Shown here one piece after another: positions 1 through 9,564 of a stretch of 64,000 nt of DNA. The notes under the pieces were generated by a model. The model ran no database searches. It was not told the origin of the DNA and was given only the letters and a program-made list of their open reading frames with translations. Source of the DNA: Candidatus Blackburnbacteria bacterium (lineage in GTDB: Bacteria > Patescibacteriota > Microgenomatia > UBA8517 > UBA10165). Position 1 is the stretch's first letter. Each line of letters begins with the position of its first letter. Made by a program: the position numbers and the translations under genes. Location of the stretch: NCBI GenBank assembly GCA_016183565.1, contig JACPEJ010000001.1:486479-550478 (forward strand), read 5' to 3'.

Positions 1-643
1 TGAAACCTGAACCTATTGCATATTGCTTATAGAATTGTGGAGATTGTGCTAGATATGCTCTTTTCCCAAAGTAATCTTTGAGCTCGAATAATTCGGCTCC
101 TGACTCACTGGGAACTCCCATAATCTTAGGGGAATGTATTTCAATAAAACCATCTCTACTCCAGAATTCGCGCATCGCATGTTCAGCTGTAGTCTGTAAT
201 TGAAAAATTAAGTGGTTTTCTGGCCTTCTTAAATCTAGAAATCTCCAATCTAATCTGTTTTGTAAGCTAGAAGGTCGTTCTTTCGTGCTTATAGGTAAGG
301 CTGGATCAGACGAAGCTTCGACTTGAATATCTTCTGGTATGATTTCTAGTCCACCAACCTTAACTACATCGTTTTTAACCACTTTCCCCCTGAGTCTTAC
401 TGCAGATTCAACTGTTAAACTGGAAGCCAACTTGCCTAAGTCTTTCTTCTCCTGGCTGTCTATTGTTACTTGCACCATCCCTGTATCATCACGCACCAGA
501 ATAAACTTCATTCTTTTCTGACTTCTTATGGTGTCTATCCACCCTACTACTCGTACTTCATTACCGATGTGCTGGGACAGAGCTTCTATTGGCACTACAC
601 CTAATATTTCTTCTTCTGTCACTCTTGCTAGATGTTCTTTCAT
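1..643 (-). CDS. aspS: Aspartyl-tRNA synthetase, archaeal/non-discriminating type (N-terminal part; gene runs off the left window edge)
   Basis: Reverse-strand translation from the ATG at 643-641 gives MKEHLARVTEEEILGVVPIEALSQHIGNEVRVVGWIDTIRSQKRMKFILVRDDTGMVQV..., an OB-fold anticodon-binding domain. It continues to ...FELKDYFGKRAYLAQSPQFYKQ, which carries the class IIb SPQxYKQ motif. There is no stop before position 1. Confidence 0.75.
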   Translation of the reverse strand, partial: MKEHLARVTEEEILGVVPIEALSQHIGNEVRVVGWIDTIRSQKRMKFILVRDDTGMVQVTIDSQEKKDLGKLASSLTVESAVRLRGKVVKNDVVKVGGLEIIPEDIQVEASSDPALPISTKERPSSLQNRLDWRFLDLRRPENHLIFQLQTTAEHAMREFWSRDGFIEIHSPKIMGVPSESGAELFELKDYFGKRAYLAQSPQFYKQYAIGSGF

Positions 644-1092
644 TGTCGGCCTTGACTATCGAGCGTATGTCTTATGAAAATTACGACACCTAACGCTTCT
701 TGCAACTGCCCTAAATTTGCTTCTTTGCCTTCGAAATCTTTTACTTCCCCGTTTGGAAGAACTTCGTACATACTCCATTCGTCTTTTTGTTCGACAAAAC
801 GGGCTCTAATTTGAGTGGCCACAACTCCTTGTGAAAATTTTTCGATAGCCCTTACTTCTATATCGTTAAAAGCTAATACCCATCTAGTACTATAGTGTGC
901 GTCACACTCGTTACTATTTATAACCTCGCTGTTTACAACTGTCTGGGGAGACCCTGTAGCGAAATCGCGGACTTTATTAAGACGTACAAGTCTTTGTGTC
1001 TCGTGTTTCAAAGTTGAATAGGTATCCCTTTTAATTGCCTCTTGTGCAACTCGACTGATGGTATCTTGTAAAGTTTCTTTGGGGCTTGACAT
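640..1092 (-). CDS. Hypothetical protein (150 aa)
   Basis: Complete ORF from the six-frame track. Its stop overlaps the aspS start (ATGA overlap), suggesting co-transcription. No recognisable motif. Confidence 0.45.
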   Translation of the reverse strand: MSSPKETLQDTISRVAQEAIKRDTYSTLKHETQRLVRLNKVRDFATGSPQTVVNSEVINSNECDAHYSTRWVLAFNDIEVRAIEKFSQGVVATQIRARFVEQKDEWSMYEVLPNGEVKDFEGKEANLGQLQEALGVVIFIRHTLDSQGRQ

Positions 1093-1143
1093 TGAAGTAA
1101 TGGCATTATAAGTCTTTGGAAATAAGGTGTCAAGCTTCCGATA

Positions 1144-1173
1144 TTGACATTTCTATCTGTTAAACGCTAGTAT
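1144..1173 (+). promoter_or_regulatory. Putative sigma70-like promoter (TTGACA, 18-nt spacer, TAGTAT) upstream of the 1180 ORF
   Basis: TTGACA at 1144-1149 and TAGTAT at 1168-1173, by direct reading. Confidence 0.3.
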
Positions 1174-1179
1174 GGATAT

Positions 1180-1665
1180 ATGAGGAATGGGTTGGTTTTT
1201 GTTGCTAGTGCTTCGACAGTTGTTGTTGTTCTTTTGAGTTTCTTATTTCTTAATTACTTCAACGTGCTTTCGCTTTCCCAAATGTTCCCGAAGCAGTTTG
1301 GCTGGTTGCCACAAAGAACTAGCCTTGTTGAAAAGTCGAGAGCTGGCCAGAGAGCCGTCTCGCAAACAGTGCATCTTAAAGCAAGTTCACTTTTTACAGG
1401 GCAAACAGCAACAATTGAGGGGAAGATTAGGGAGGTAAGAGGAAACACTTTAGTGGTCGAGGGTAAGAGTGGCCTGGTTGATGAGTTCCCTTTATCTTCA
1501 AACTTTACGGTATATACTTATTCTCCTGGGTCTACTGAGCCAAGCACCTCACGTGATCCTAAGTCAATTGATTTGGCTAAAAATTGGGTGATAGCTCTAC
1601 AGGTTGAGGGGAACGAGTACAAGATTGTTTCTGCCTCCCATGTTCCTGCTGTTAGTAATCCTTGA
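1180..1665 (+). CDS. Hypothetical membrane-anchored or secreted protein (161 aa)
   Basis: ORF with an N-terminal hydrophobic segment (LVFVASASTVVVVLLSFLFLNYF). No catalytic motif recognised. Confidence 0.4.
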   Translation: MRNGLVFVASASTVVVVLLSFLFLNYFNVLSLSQMFPKQFGWLPQRTSLVEKSRAGQRAVSQTVHLKASSLFTGQTATIEGKIREVRGNTLVVEGKSGLVDEFPLSSNFTVYTYSPGSTEPSTSRDPKSIDLAKNWVIALQVEGNEYKIVSASHVPAVSNP

Positions 1666-1719
1666 CGAGACGAGGCCAAATATGATATCATAGGCGTTAT
1701 ACAAGTCAAATAGCTTCTA

Positions 1720-2991
1720 TTGTTTGGCTTAAATATCAGGGCAGAAAAATATATGTTAGGGAGAGAATTTCAGTTAACTCGCAGGGACCTTCTTCGTGGT
1801 ACTTCTGCTGCCTTAGGGCTTGCAGCCACAGGTCGGCTTTCTTCCGAAGCATCTGCCCAAAGTTTGCCTCCAAGCGCTATAAACATTGAAAAAGATCCCA
1901 CTAAAATTGCCGAGATTACAAGATCATTGATTGCTAAAATTAATCGGATGTTTAGCGATTCTGATACGAGGGTTAATGCCACAGGTTATAGAATAAGCGA
2001 GGGGTGGCATGGACAAGACAATTTTAAATACATTGCTTTTCAGAGAGTAATCTTCCAAGAAGAACCAAGTGGAAGAGTTAATTTCTGGAACACGTTGGAC
2101 AACATGTCTGAATTTGGTTTGGACCCAAAACTTGATAGCGGAGAACTTGGCGTTACCATTCCTCCGATGCAGAGGTTCAACGACAGAAGCACTGATTTAG
2201 AAGGAATTTTTGAAGAAAGAGTTAATGTTCTTAATATGCCTAAAGCAATGGCTGATTACGTGAGAGAGATAAGAAGAATAGCTGAGACAGGAGTGTTTAC
2301 TGCTTTCAAGGACTATGGCCCTTACAAAGTAGGCAGGTATCAAAGGGGTGCGGTTATGGAATGGACTGATGGTTCGCAAAAGGGTCTTGTCCAGGGTATA
2401 TTGGCAGGAGATGCTGCAAACGCAGCAGGACTTATTCCTAAGGAAGTACAGCTTGATACACCTGACCTTGGAAGTGGTGGAGGAGGAAGAGAAATATCTA
2501 AGAACAGAGATTTTGAGGACAGATATGTAAGTCCGTCAGGCAATTCGGAGATAGTAAATCCTGCTTCTGGAGCTATTGGTTGGAAAAGTTCTGTAGAAGG
2601 TATGGCAAGAGGCGAAGAGATTACTCAAGCTTTTGGATTAAAAGGATTTAAAATCATTGAGGTGCCTGGTGTGTCTATTGTTAGTGAACGTAGTCGAATA
2701 GTTAGTGCCTGCTTAGACTCTTCTTTCCCCAGATGCAGCTCACCAGTATTTATGACCTGGCTTCCTAGTGTTGAAAACGGGTATCTAGTAATTAGATATG
2801 ATATCCTTGATCCAAACAGGGTATTCTTGCCTGGTGAACTTGATAAATTGGTGGATATAACTTTTAATATGGTGAATGCCACATTAATGGAATTGGGACA
2901 AGACCTTAATAGTTCCCAAGCAATAGCTCTGAGAAGGTCTCTAGCTGGAGAAACCAATATTAGAATTGTAGGGCCTGTTATAACTTCCTAA
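1720..2991 (+). CDS. Tat-signal (twin-arginine) exported protein of unknown function (423 aa; start possibly at M12, nt 1753)
   Basis: The N-terminus LTRRDLLRGTSAALGLAATG is a canonical twin-arginine motif followed by a hydrophobic h-region and an AxA-like site (ASAQ). Confidence 0.55.
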   Translation: MFGLNIRAEKYMLGREFQLTRRDLLRGTSAALGLAATGRLSSEASAQSLPPSAINIEKDPTKIAEITRSLIAKINRMFSDSDTRVNATGYRISEGWHGQDNFKYIAFQRVIFQEEPSGRVNFWNTLDNMSEFGLDPKLDSGELGVTIPPMQRFNDRSTDLEGIFEERVNVLNMPKAMADYVREIRRIAETGVFTAFKDYGPYKVGRYQRGAVMEWTDGSQKGLVQGILAGDAANAAGLIPKEVQLDTPDLGSGGGGREISKNRDFEDRYVSPSGNSEIVNPASGAIGWKSSVEGMARGEEITQAFGLKGFKIIEVPGVSIVSERSRIVSACLDSSFPRCSSPVFMTWLPSVENGYLVIRYDILDPNRVFLPGELDKLVDITFNMVNATLMELGQDLNSSQAIALRRSLAGETNIRIVGPVITS

Positions 2992-3013
2992 AATCTGTTA
3001 ATATTTTAAACAG

Positions 3014-6000
3014 ATGATAAAGTTGCCGGTTTCTTGTAAAATTAGCTTTACTTTTGCAATATTATTCTTTATTCTTGCTTCTTTTCCCTCGATAGCCAAG
3101 GCTTCTAATCACAGGTGTGGAGATTACAACGTAACACAACAATGCGCATTTGTAGAATCACTTCCTGTAACATACCCCAGTGGTTGTAGCGGAGCCAGAG
3201 ATTTGTATAACTGTAATGGCTTAACTTGTGCTATTGAATCTGCTCCCAGTTGTAGCGTTGTACAGCGTGTTTGTGAATATAATAGCGACAGATATAACTG
3301 TGGAGAAGCTTTCGCCGATCCCAGCTACTGCAAAACAGTTCTTCAAGGCGGTGATGGGGTAGGAGGATATGGCTCAATAAATACGTGGCCACCCAATCGC
3401 AATAGTCAAAACGCCTATTGCGGTAAGTACAAAGACTCTGATCCTCGTGACCCGCGTCCTTATTGTGATGATTGGTGGAACGCTTGTTTAGCAAGCTGCG
3501 AAGGAGCTACTTCAGACACTAATTATGCATGTCCAGGAGTTCAACAGTGTGACCAGTCTCACGTTTGTGTTACTCAAGCACCACAAACCACTTTGTTGGT
3601 TAATAGCCAGTCTTCGGTCACTATTACAGAAGGCAATAGCGCAACTCTTGCCTGGTCTTCAGTTCGAGCCGAAACGTGTACGGCGTCGGGGGCATGGAGT
3701 GGCGGTAAAGTACATCAAGGCAGTGAGTCTACAGGTGATTTATCAGTCAGACAGGGGGACGGAAATCAGTCTACTTATACTTATACGTTGACTTGCTCGA
3801 ACACAGCCGGAAGTGGAAATAGCCCTGTGAGTGTTACAGTTATTGTTACGCGGGCAGCCACTCCCAACACCCCAACTCCCACTACTCCAGTTATAACAAA
3901 CACACCTACTCCTACTGCCACCACTGCTCCACCTTGGACTTGTGATGTTTGGTCCACAGAGGGAGACAGAAATGCTGCGGGGGGGGCGTGCAATGCAAAT
4001 GAGTATTGCGTTGAACTTGGTGGAACTTACAATGATCCGAATAATGCAATAAGGTGGCCTGTGCAGCAGAATTGGACTTGGGGGTCAAACCTAACACCCG
4101 CGAGAACTTTTAAGAGTTTCCCCTACAACAGCAGTACTTTGGTTAATATGACTGCGGTTGATAATAGCGGTTCAGGCACTTCTCAAGCTTGCACTCCCAA
4201 AACTGTGAATGTAGGTCCTCAGAGTAATCCCGGAGGAACAACACCTACTCCTAATCGTGGGGGTGGAAGGGCAACACCCACTCCAACGACCGGGCAACCT
4301 TTGTCAGGTACTGGAGCAATAAGGTTTTTTAACTCTAATTGTATTACCCCCTATACTGGCCCAAGTACTTTGCGCGTTCTAACACATGCTCAGTTTGGTG
4401 ATGGATCATGGGAAAACGGGAACGGGCATAACAGCTTGTTTTACCCCTCTGTTACTCATAGTAGCGCTCAGGATACAGGTATTTGTGACAGGCGGGAGTG
4501 GCATTATTATTATGATCCTGGTTATCAGATTAGTAGCGATGGCACTTTTGCCGGCTGTCCTGCTCAAAATATGGATGGTACCGGGGAATGGGTGTGTACT
4601 GGGCAGCCAGATTGTGGTTACAATGCGTACGGAGACTGGGAATGCCAGCAGTGTCCAGGCTACAGGGATGGTGAAGGCAATGACGTTTGCAAAGAAGATA
4701 CTGATTCGGAAGAAAGATTTCCCCGTTGCTTTTCCGCTTTTTCCAGTCCTGCAACAATAACTTCTGCTAACCCAACTCTTAGTGTGCACAGCGAACGCAG
4801 TATGCAAAGAACTTTTAGTGTCGGAGCCCCAACAGGTGTGAGGATTAAGGTTATTAGGGTTTGTACTGGGGATGGGTGTAATTGGTCCAGGGTTGGTGAT
4901 CCTTCTGTTTCTCCTAATGGAGGTGGTGGTGCTAGTGTTGTTAAAGACTTTGGTACGAGCAGCGCCGGGCCCACTAATTACTTCGCAAGTCCCATGGAAG
5001 GAGCCGATGGTAATACAAGCTCATATGTGTATGATGTTTGTGTTGAAGATGGTACTGGTGGGGTTACTGTTGGCGGTAATGTGTTTACTGATTATGGTTG
5101 TGATGGGAGGAAAGATGCTGTTGATACGAATTATGGAGGCGCGAGGATAAGGATTACCGGGGGAAGTACGGACGAGATAAAGACAACCGATAGCTCGGGC
5201 AATTATACTTCCTCTGCGCTTGTGAAGGGGCAAAACTATACTGCAGATGTTGAGGTGCCTTCGGGCCACCGAGCGTCTACAACAGACCCGTTAGTCTACA
5301 ATAATCTTAATAGTAATATTACTAATGCTAACTTTGGGTTTTGTCCTACTGCATCTTCTTGGTTTCAAACTAAAGATTCGGATTTGCTCTCTTCCGGGAA
5401 TATGAATTCAAGCATTCCTAGGCAGTGTGTACAGCAGTTGGATTCTTGTTCGCCGTATCTTTCTTTAAATGGGGATGGGGGGTATCCTGGGGTACCTGTT
5501 TATAATGGTACTTTGAGTTTAGGTTGGGGGACGGTTTCAGCAAATACTTCGTCAACCGGTTGGAATGCGAATACGCGATATACAGGTCGAGCATATACTT
5601 ATGCGTCGTTTGCTGCAAAGATGCCAACGAGCGGGGTAACAACGACCCCCGATACTATTGATAGTGATGGTTACTTTAGCTTAAGCGGGACTCCTGACAG
5701 TAATGGGTATAAGTGGTTTAAGGCTACTGGCAACTTAACGATAAATGGGGAGGGCAATATTAACAATCAGAAAGTGATTTTGTTTGTGCCTGGGAATTTG
5801 ACAATTAACAATAGAGTGAGGCTTAGGAAAGGGGAAGGGTTTTTTGCGGTGTTTGTTGGGGGAGAGATATCAATAAGTCCGGAGGTAATCTACCAATCTC
5901 AACCTGCGCCAAAGAGTAATTCGCAACCCGGGCTTGAGGGGATGTTCTTTGCTGATGGGAATATAAGGACTGGTACAAGAAGTACTGCAACACCTGTTAA

Positions 6001-6199
6001 TGATGATCAGCTTTTTGTACGAGGCGCTTTGGTAAGCAAGAGTGGCATTCTTCTTCAAAGAGATTTGGATCCGGCAAGAAGTGGTACGGGAAATAATACT
6101 ACGCCTTCGGAGTTTGTCGAGTATGCTCCGGATTTAGTCTTCAATTTTCCCACAGCTTTGAGTCGGGAGGGGGTGGTTTGGGAAGAGGTTGCACCGTAG
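3014..6199 (+). CDS. Large Cys-rich secreted surface protein (1061 aa) with Thr/Pro linker
   Basis: Signal peptide (ILFFILASFPSIAKAS). Cys-rich N-terminal module. Low-complexity T/P linkers (PTPTPTTPVITNTPTPTATT, GTTPTPNRGGGRATPTPTT). C-terminal motif EFVEYAPDLVFNFPTALSREGVVWEEVAP. Confidence 0.6.
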   Translation: MIKLPVSCKISFTFAILFFILASFPSIAKASNHRCGDYNVTQQCAFVESLPVTYPSGCSGARDLYNCNGLTCAIESAPSCSVVQRVCEYNSDRYNCGEAFADPSYCKTVLQGGDGVGGYGSINTWPPNRNSQNAYCGKYKDSDPRDPRPYCDDWWNACLASCEGATSDTNYACPGVQQCDQSHVCVTQAPQTTLLVNSQSSVTITEGNSATLAWSSVRAETCTASGAWSGGKVHQGSESTGDLSVRQGDGNQSTYTYTLTCSNTAGSGNSPVSVTVIVTRAATPNTPTPTTPVITNTPTPTATTAPPWTCDVWSTEGDRNAAGGACNANEYCVELGGTYNDPNNAIRWPVQQNWTWGSNLTPARTFKSFPYNSSTLVNMTAVDNSGSGTSQACTPKTVNVGPQSNPGGTTPTPNRGGGRATPTPTTGQPLSGTGAIRFFNSNCITPYTGPSTLRVLTHAQFGDGSWENGNGHNSLFYPSVTHSSAQDTGICDRREWHYYYDPGYQISSDGTFAGCPAQNMDGTGEWVCTGQPDCGYNAYGDWECQQCPGYRDGEGNDVCKEDTDSEERFPRCFSAFSSPATITSANPTLSVHSERSMQRTFSVGAPTGVRIKVIRVCTGDGCNWSRVGDPSVSPNGGGGASVVKDFGTSSAGPTNYFASPMEGADGNTSSYVYDVCVEDGTGGVTVGGNVFTDYGCDGRKDAVDTNYGGARIRITGGSTDEIKTTDSSGNYTSSALVKGQNYTADVEVPSGHRASTTDPLVYNNLNSNITNANFGFCPTASSWFQTKDSDLLSSGNMNSSIPRQCVQQLDSCSPYLSLNGDGGYPGVPVYNGTLSLGWGTVSANTSSTGWNANTRYTGRAYTYASFAAKMPTSGVTTTPDTIDSDGYFSLSGTPDSNGYKWFKATGNLTINGEGNINNQKVILFVPGNLTINNRVRLRKGEGFFAVFVGGEISISPEVIYQSQPAPKSNSQPGLEGMFFADGNIRTGTRSTATPVNDDQLFVRGALVSKSGILLQRDLDPARSGTGNNTTPSEFVEYAPDLVFNFPTALSREGVVWEEVAP

Positions 6200-6251
6200 G
6201 GTAAAAACTTAAACATCGGTGATATAATAATCTAGAGAATTAGATCTGAAC

Positions 6252-7067
6252 ATGTATAAGTCATTGCTGGTTGTCAAACTTGGTGGAAGTGTAATAACCG
6301 ACAAAGAAAGTTTTGTGCCAAGACCTAGGTTAAAGATTGTTGGGCAATTAACCAAAGACATAGCAACAATCTACAAGAAGAAAAGACATAAGATCATACT
6401 AGTTCATGGCGCAGGATCGTTTGGTCACCCGATTGTAAAGAAGTATGGTCTTCACAAGGGAATGAACAGTGAGGCACAAAAGTTAGCCTACAGTCAAACG
6501 CTTCAGAACATGATTGAGCTAAACAGTATTGTGATACAAAACTTAATCAAACTTGGAGTTCCGGCCGTAAGTTTACCACCCCATGCTTTTACTATTCACA
6601 CTAAAAGTAGGCTCACAAAGCTAGACTCTAAAATAATAGAAATATATCTAAAAAACGGCCAAGTACCTGTTTTGTTCGGAGATGCAGTTTTAGATGAAGA
6701 ATGGGGTTGCTCCATTCTTTCAGGCGATACTATTGTTTCTTATTTTGCCAGGAGGCTTAAAGCAAAAAAAGTGGTATTTCTGTCTGATGTGGACGGAATA
6801 TTTAACAATGATCCCAAAACTAACCCCAACGCAAAACTTATCCCGTTAATAAACAATAAGAACTTGCCAAGTGTGCTAGAAAGTTTGCGGGCAAACAGCA
6901 GTAGGAGTGAAAGGGCAGATGTAACCGGCGAGGTGTATGGCAAGATATTGTCAATTAAGAAAGATCTAAAGGGTATTGAGACTGTTATAGCCAACGGGCT
7001 TGGCTTGAACAGCTTAACCGATGCTTTGCAAAATAGAGGAAGGTTAACAAGGTTTTACTTTGGTTAG
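6252..7067 (+). CDS. ipk: Isopentenyl phosphate kinase (amino-acid-kinase fold)
   Basis: VVKLGGSVITDK ... ILVHGAGSFGHP ... ILSGDTIVSYFA ... LSDVDGIFNNDP ... DVTGEV. These match the characteristic IPK motifs (KLGGS, HGGGxFGHP, SGDxIV, DVTGGM). Confidence 0.75.
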   Translation: MYKSLLVVKLGGSVITDKESFVPRPRLKIVGQLTKDIATIYKKKRHKIILVHGAGSFGHPIVKKYGLHKGMNSEAQKLAYSQTLQNMIELNSIVIQNLIKLGVPAVSLPPHAFTIHTKSRLTKLDSKIIEIYLKNGQVPVLFGDAVLDEEWGCSILSGDTIVSYFARRLKAKKVVFLSDVDGIFNNDPKTNPNAKLIPLINNKNLPSVLESLRANSSRSERADVTGEVYGKILSIKKDLKGIETVIANGLGLNSLTDALQNRGRLTRFYFG

Positions 7068-7068
7068 T

Positions 7069-7743
7069 TCAACTACTTGTAGTTGTAGATGATAGAGGCT
7101 CGGTTGCTTTCAAGGAGTCTAAGGAGAGGGGTACCAACTTGTTGGTAGGTGAGATTAGGTTCTCAAAGCTACCATCAATGATGCATCCTTCGAGAATCTT
7201 TTTTACGCCAGGTCTGAGAGGGTACTCCAGAAGTTCTTGTGGTTTTCGCCATCCCACTGCGACTACTTCACCGTCGCCAGATGTACCGATGAGGCTGTTT
7301 GGTTCTCCAGTGTAGTGCAAAATCACCACGCGTGCCAAAACACCCGGTCCAAAAACACTCTCTCCGAGAAAACATTTATCAGGATTTACTGCAAGGTGTC
7401 CATTGGCCAGAACTTCTGGGCCAAGTTCTTCTTGAATTCCACGGATTACATTGCTTGCCCAATCCTCGCCCCGTTCTGCAGTTTCACAAACAACACTAAA
7501 ATTCCCAATTTGCCCTCCGTCAGTGTCGTGAACTCTATTTTCCTGTACCAGAAGCATTTCTCCTTGGTTGTTTACGATGAATAAGACTGCCCCGATCTTT
7601 CTATAGTGTTTTTCAAGTTCGCTACTTCTGCTGAGCTTTCTCTCTACCATAGTGTTGGCGCTGTTTAGAACAAAAGGTGCAGCGTTGTGATAGTATACTA
7701 TTAGTTCCTGCTTTGATACAAATGACGCCTGAAGGAAGAACAT
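7069..7743 (-). CDS. Nudix-family hydrolase-like protein (possible IPP isomerase-type role given context); start possibly internal at nt 7650
   Basis: Contains E-x7-R-G-I-x-E-E-L-G (EDWASNVIRGIQEELGP), resembling the Nudix box ExxxxxxxREUxEExGU with one deviation. It is flanked by isoprenoid genes. No IDI-1 CCSHP motif, so function is uncertain. Confidence 0.4.
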   Translation of the reverse strand: MFFLQASFVSKQELIVYYHNAAPFVLNSANTMVERKLSRSSELEKHYRKIGAVLFIVNNQGEMLLVQENRVHDTDGGQIGNFSVVCETAERGEDWASNVIRGIQEELGPEVLANGHLAVNPDKCFLGESVFGPGVLARVVILHYTGEPNSLIGTSGDGEVVAVGWRKPQELLEYPLRPGVKKILEGCIIDGSFENLISPTNKLVPLSLDSLKATEPLSSTTTSS

Positions 7744-9548
7744 CGCCCGAGTCCGAACGTTGGGTAGTTCCCAGACACCTTGTTATTATCCCCGACGGAA
7801 ATGGTAGGTGGGCTCAAAAACACAACCTTCCCATAATTGAGGGCCATTTACGAGGAGCACGGAATATGCTTTCTTTCGCCGATAGAATAGACCAGCTTGG
7901 TATAGAAGTTTGTACGTTTTGGGGCTTTTCTACAGAAAACTGGACAAGGTCGAAGGAGGAGGTTGATGGGATATTTGCTGTTACACAAAATATGCTTGAG
8001 GAAAATTTGGGGGAGTGGGTAGCAAGAGGTAGGAGATTTATGCATGTTGGTAGAAGAGATAGGTTGCCACCTGAACTTCTAGGGACTATAAAGAGATTTG
8101 AGCAAGCAACAGCTCATAACCGAGGAAAGACCTTTGTTCTGGCTTTTGACTATGGCGGTAGGGATGAGATCGTCCGGGCAATAAGTAAAATAGGTGGACG
8201 GCCAGTAGGGGAGGAAGAGTTTGAAAACCTTCTCGATACGGCGGGCCTGCCGAGGCCGGATCTTATCATAAGGACCTCGGGGGAAATGCGAACATCGGGG
8301 ATTTATCCATATCAAGCAGTTTATGCAGAGTTTGTTTCCTCACAGGTTTTGTTCCCTGATTTTGATTTTAAAGAACTTGACTATTGCCTGCGTGAATTTG
8401 GAAGAAGGAAACGTCGATTCGGCGCTAGATTAGAAACTAGAACTGAACAACCATTTGGATGGTTGGGATTGCAAGAAGCGACGTTTAAAAACTTCCTAGA
8501 AGCTGTTTTGCCGAAAATTAACAATGCAACACAGTTATTTTTAGGTAACTGGAGGCATGGGAGATTTTACCGCTCCTTGGGATTGCAAGAGGATGTGGAT
8601 ATGTATAAAGATTTGCTTGTAGGCGGTAAGAAATTAAGAGCGGCTCTTGTTGTGTTTGGGTTTGAGAATGCAGGAGGAGAACCAGAGTTTCGCGATGGAG
8701 TTCTTACAGCGGCCGTAGGGTATGAAGTGATCCATAATGCTTTCTTGATTCACGACGATATAATGGACGCTTCACCTATAAGACGAGGGCAACCGAGTGT
8801 TCACGAAAGATACCGCACAAGGCACGAGCAGGGTGGTGGTATGATAAACCACTCCCAATATGGACAAGCGATCGCGCTCAACACAGGCAGTCTTGGTCCT
8901 CTTAGGGCTCAAGAAGTGTTGTGGAGTATTCAGAATAAACAAGATAGGATTGTAGAGGCGCAAAAGTTTGTTCGTTCTGTTATAGAAATCACGTTACTTG
9001 GCCAAAGGCGGGATATGACTGAGATTTCTCTTGGTAGTCTAACGGCACGGCAGGTGTTTGAGATTTGTCACCAAAAAACGGCAGTTTACTCGGTTGTTGG
9101 ACCTTTTGCATTGGGAGCAATTCTTGCCGGTGCTTCACGAAAAGAGGTTGGTCTCATTAATAGTTTTGGTGTTAATCTTGGGATTTCTTTCCAGATGATA
9201 GATGATCATCTTGGTCTTTTTGGCTCTGAAGATATAATAGGTAAGCCAGTCGGGTCGGATTTGACTGAAGCGAAGAAAACTTTACACTTTGTTAACGCTT
9301 GGGAGCGAGCAGACAATGAGCAAAGGAGATTTTTAGAGAACGTTTGGGGTAATCAAAATGTTACACTTGAGGATATAGATCATGTTAAGCAGTTAGTAGA
9401 AGATTTGGGAGTGAGGAAAGAGGTGTTGGATACAGCGAGAAGGCTTGCCAATAAAGCTAGATGTCTGGTTCCTAAAATATCCACTAGCCTAACTGCCGCA
9501 GCAATTTTGGACGAACTGATAACGTTTGTTACCGAAAGGGAGTTTTAG
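7677..9548 (+). CDS. uppS: Fusion protein: N-terminal undecaprenyl-diphosphate synthase (cis-IPPS, UppS) plus C-terminal trans-polyprenyl diphosphate synthase
   Basis: N-half: HLVIIPDGNGRWAQKHNL...GH..G...TFWGFSTENWTRSKEEV...FDYGGRDEI...DLIIRTSGEMRTSG...RKRRFG, which is canonical UppS. C-half: GGKKLRAALVV, FARM LIHDDIMDASPIRRG, FQMIDDHLGLFGSEDIIGKPVGSDLTEAKKT (SARM variant DDHLG), KT. Single 623-aa ORF. Confidence 0.8.
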   Translation: MQRCDSILLVPALIQMTPEGRTSPESERWVVPRHLVIIPDGNGRWAQKHNLPIIEGHLRGARNMLSFADRIDQLGIEVCTFWGFSTENWTRSKEEVDGIFAVTQNMLEENLGEWVARGRRFMHVGRRDRLPPELLGTIKRFEQATAHNRGKTFVLAFDYGGRDEIVRAISKIGGRPVGEEEFENLLDTAGLPRPDLIIRTSGEMRTSGIYPYQAVYAEFVSSQVLFPDFDFKELDYCLREFGRRKRRFGARLETRTEQPFGWLGLQEATFKNFLEAVLPKINNATQLFLGNWRHGRFYRSLGLQEDVDMYKDLLVGGKKLRAALVVFGFENAGGEPEFRDGVLTAAVGYEVIHNAFLIHDDIMDASPIRRGQPSVHERYRTRHEQGGGMINHSQYGQAIALNTGSLGPLRAQEVLWSIQNKQDRIVEAQKFVRSVIEITLLGQRRDMTEISLGSLTARQVFEICHQKTAVYSVVGPFALGAILAGASRKEVGLINSFGVNLGISFQMIDDHLGLFGSEDIIGKPVGSDLTEAKKTLHFVNAWERADNEQRRFLENVWGNQNVTLEDIDHVKQLVEDLGVRKEVLDTARRLANKARCLVPKISTSLTAAAILDELITFVTEREF

Positions 9549-9564
9549 ATCCAGATCGAACGGA

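Noticed and set aside
4386-4974. Several 100-130-aa ORFs on both strands inside the 3014-6199 surface protein gene
   Set aside because: They are embedded in a continuous 1061-codon ORF with signal peptide. Their compositions are consistent with alternative-frame artefacts.
7069-7743. Calling the Nudix-like protein a definite type-1 IPP isomerase
   Set aside because: The Nudix box is imperfect and the IDI-1 Cys/Glu motifs were not found. Context alone is insufficient, so it is kept as Nudix-like with a hypothesis.
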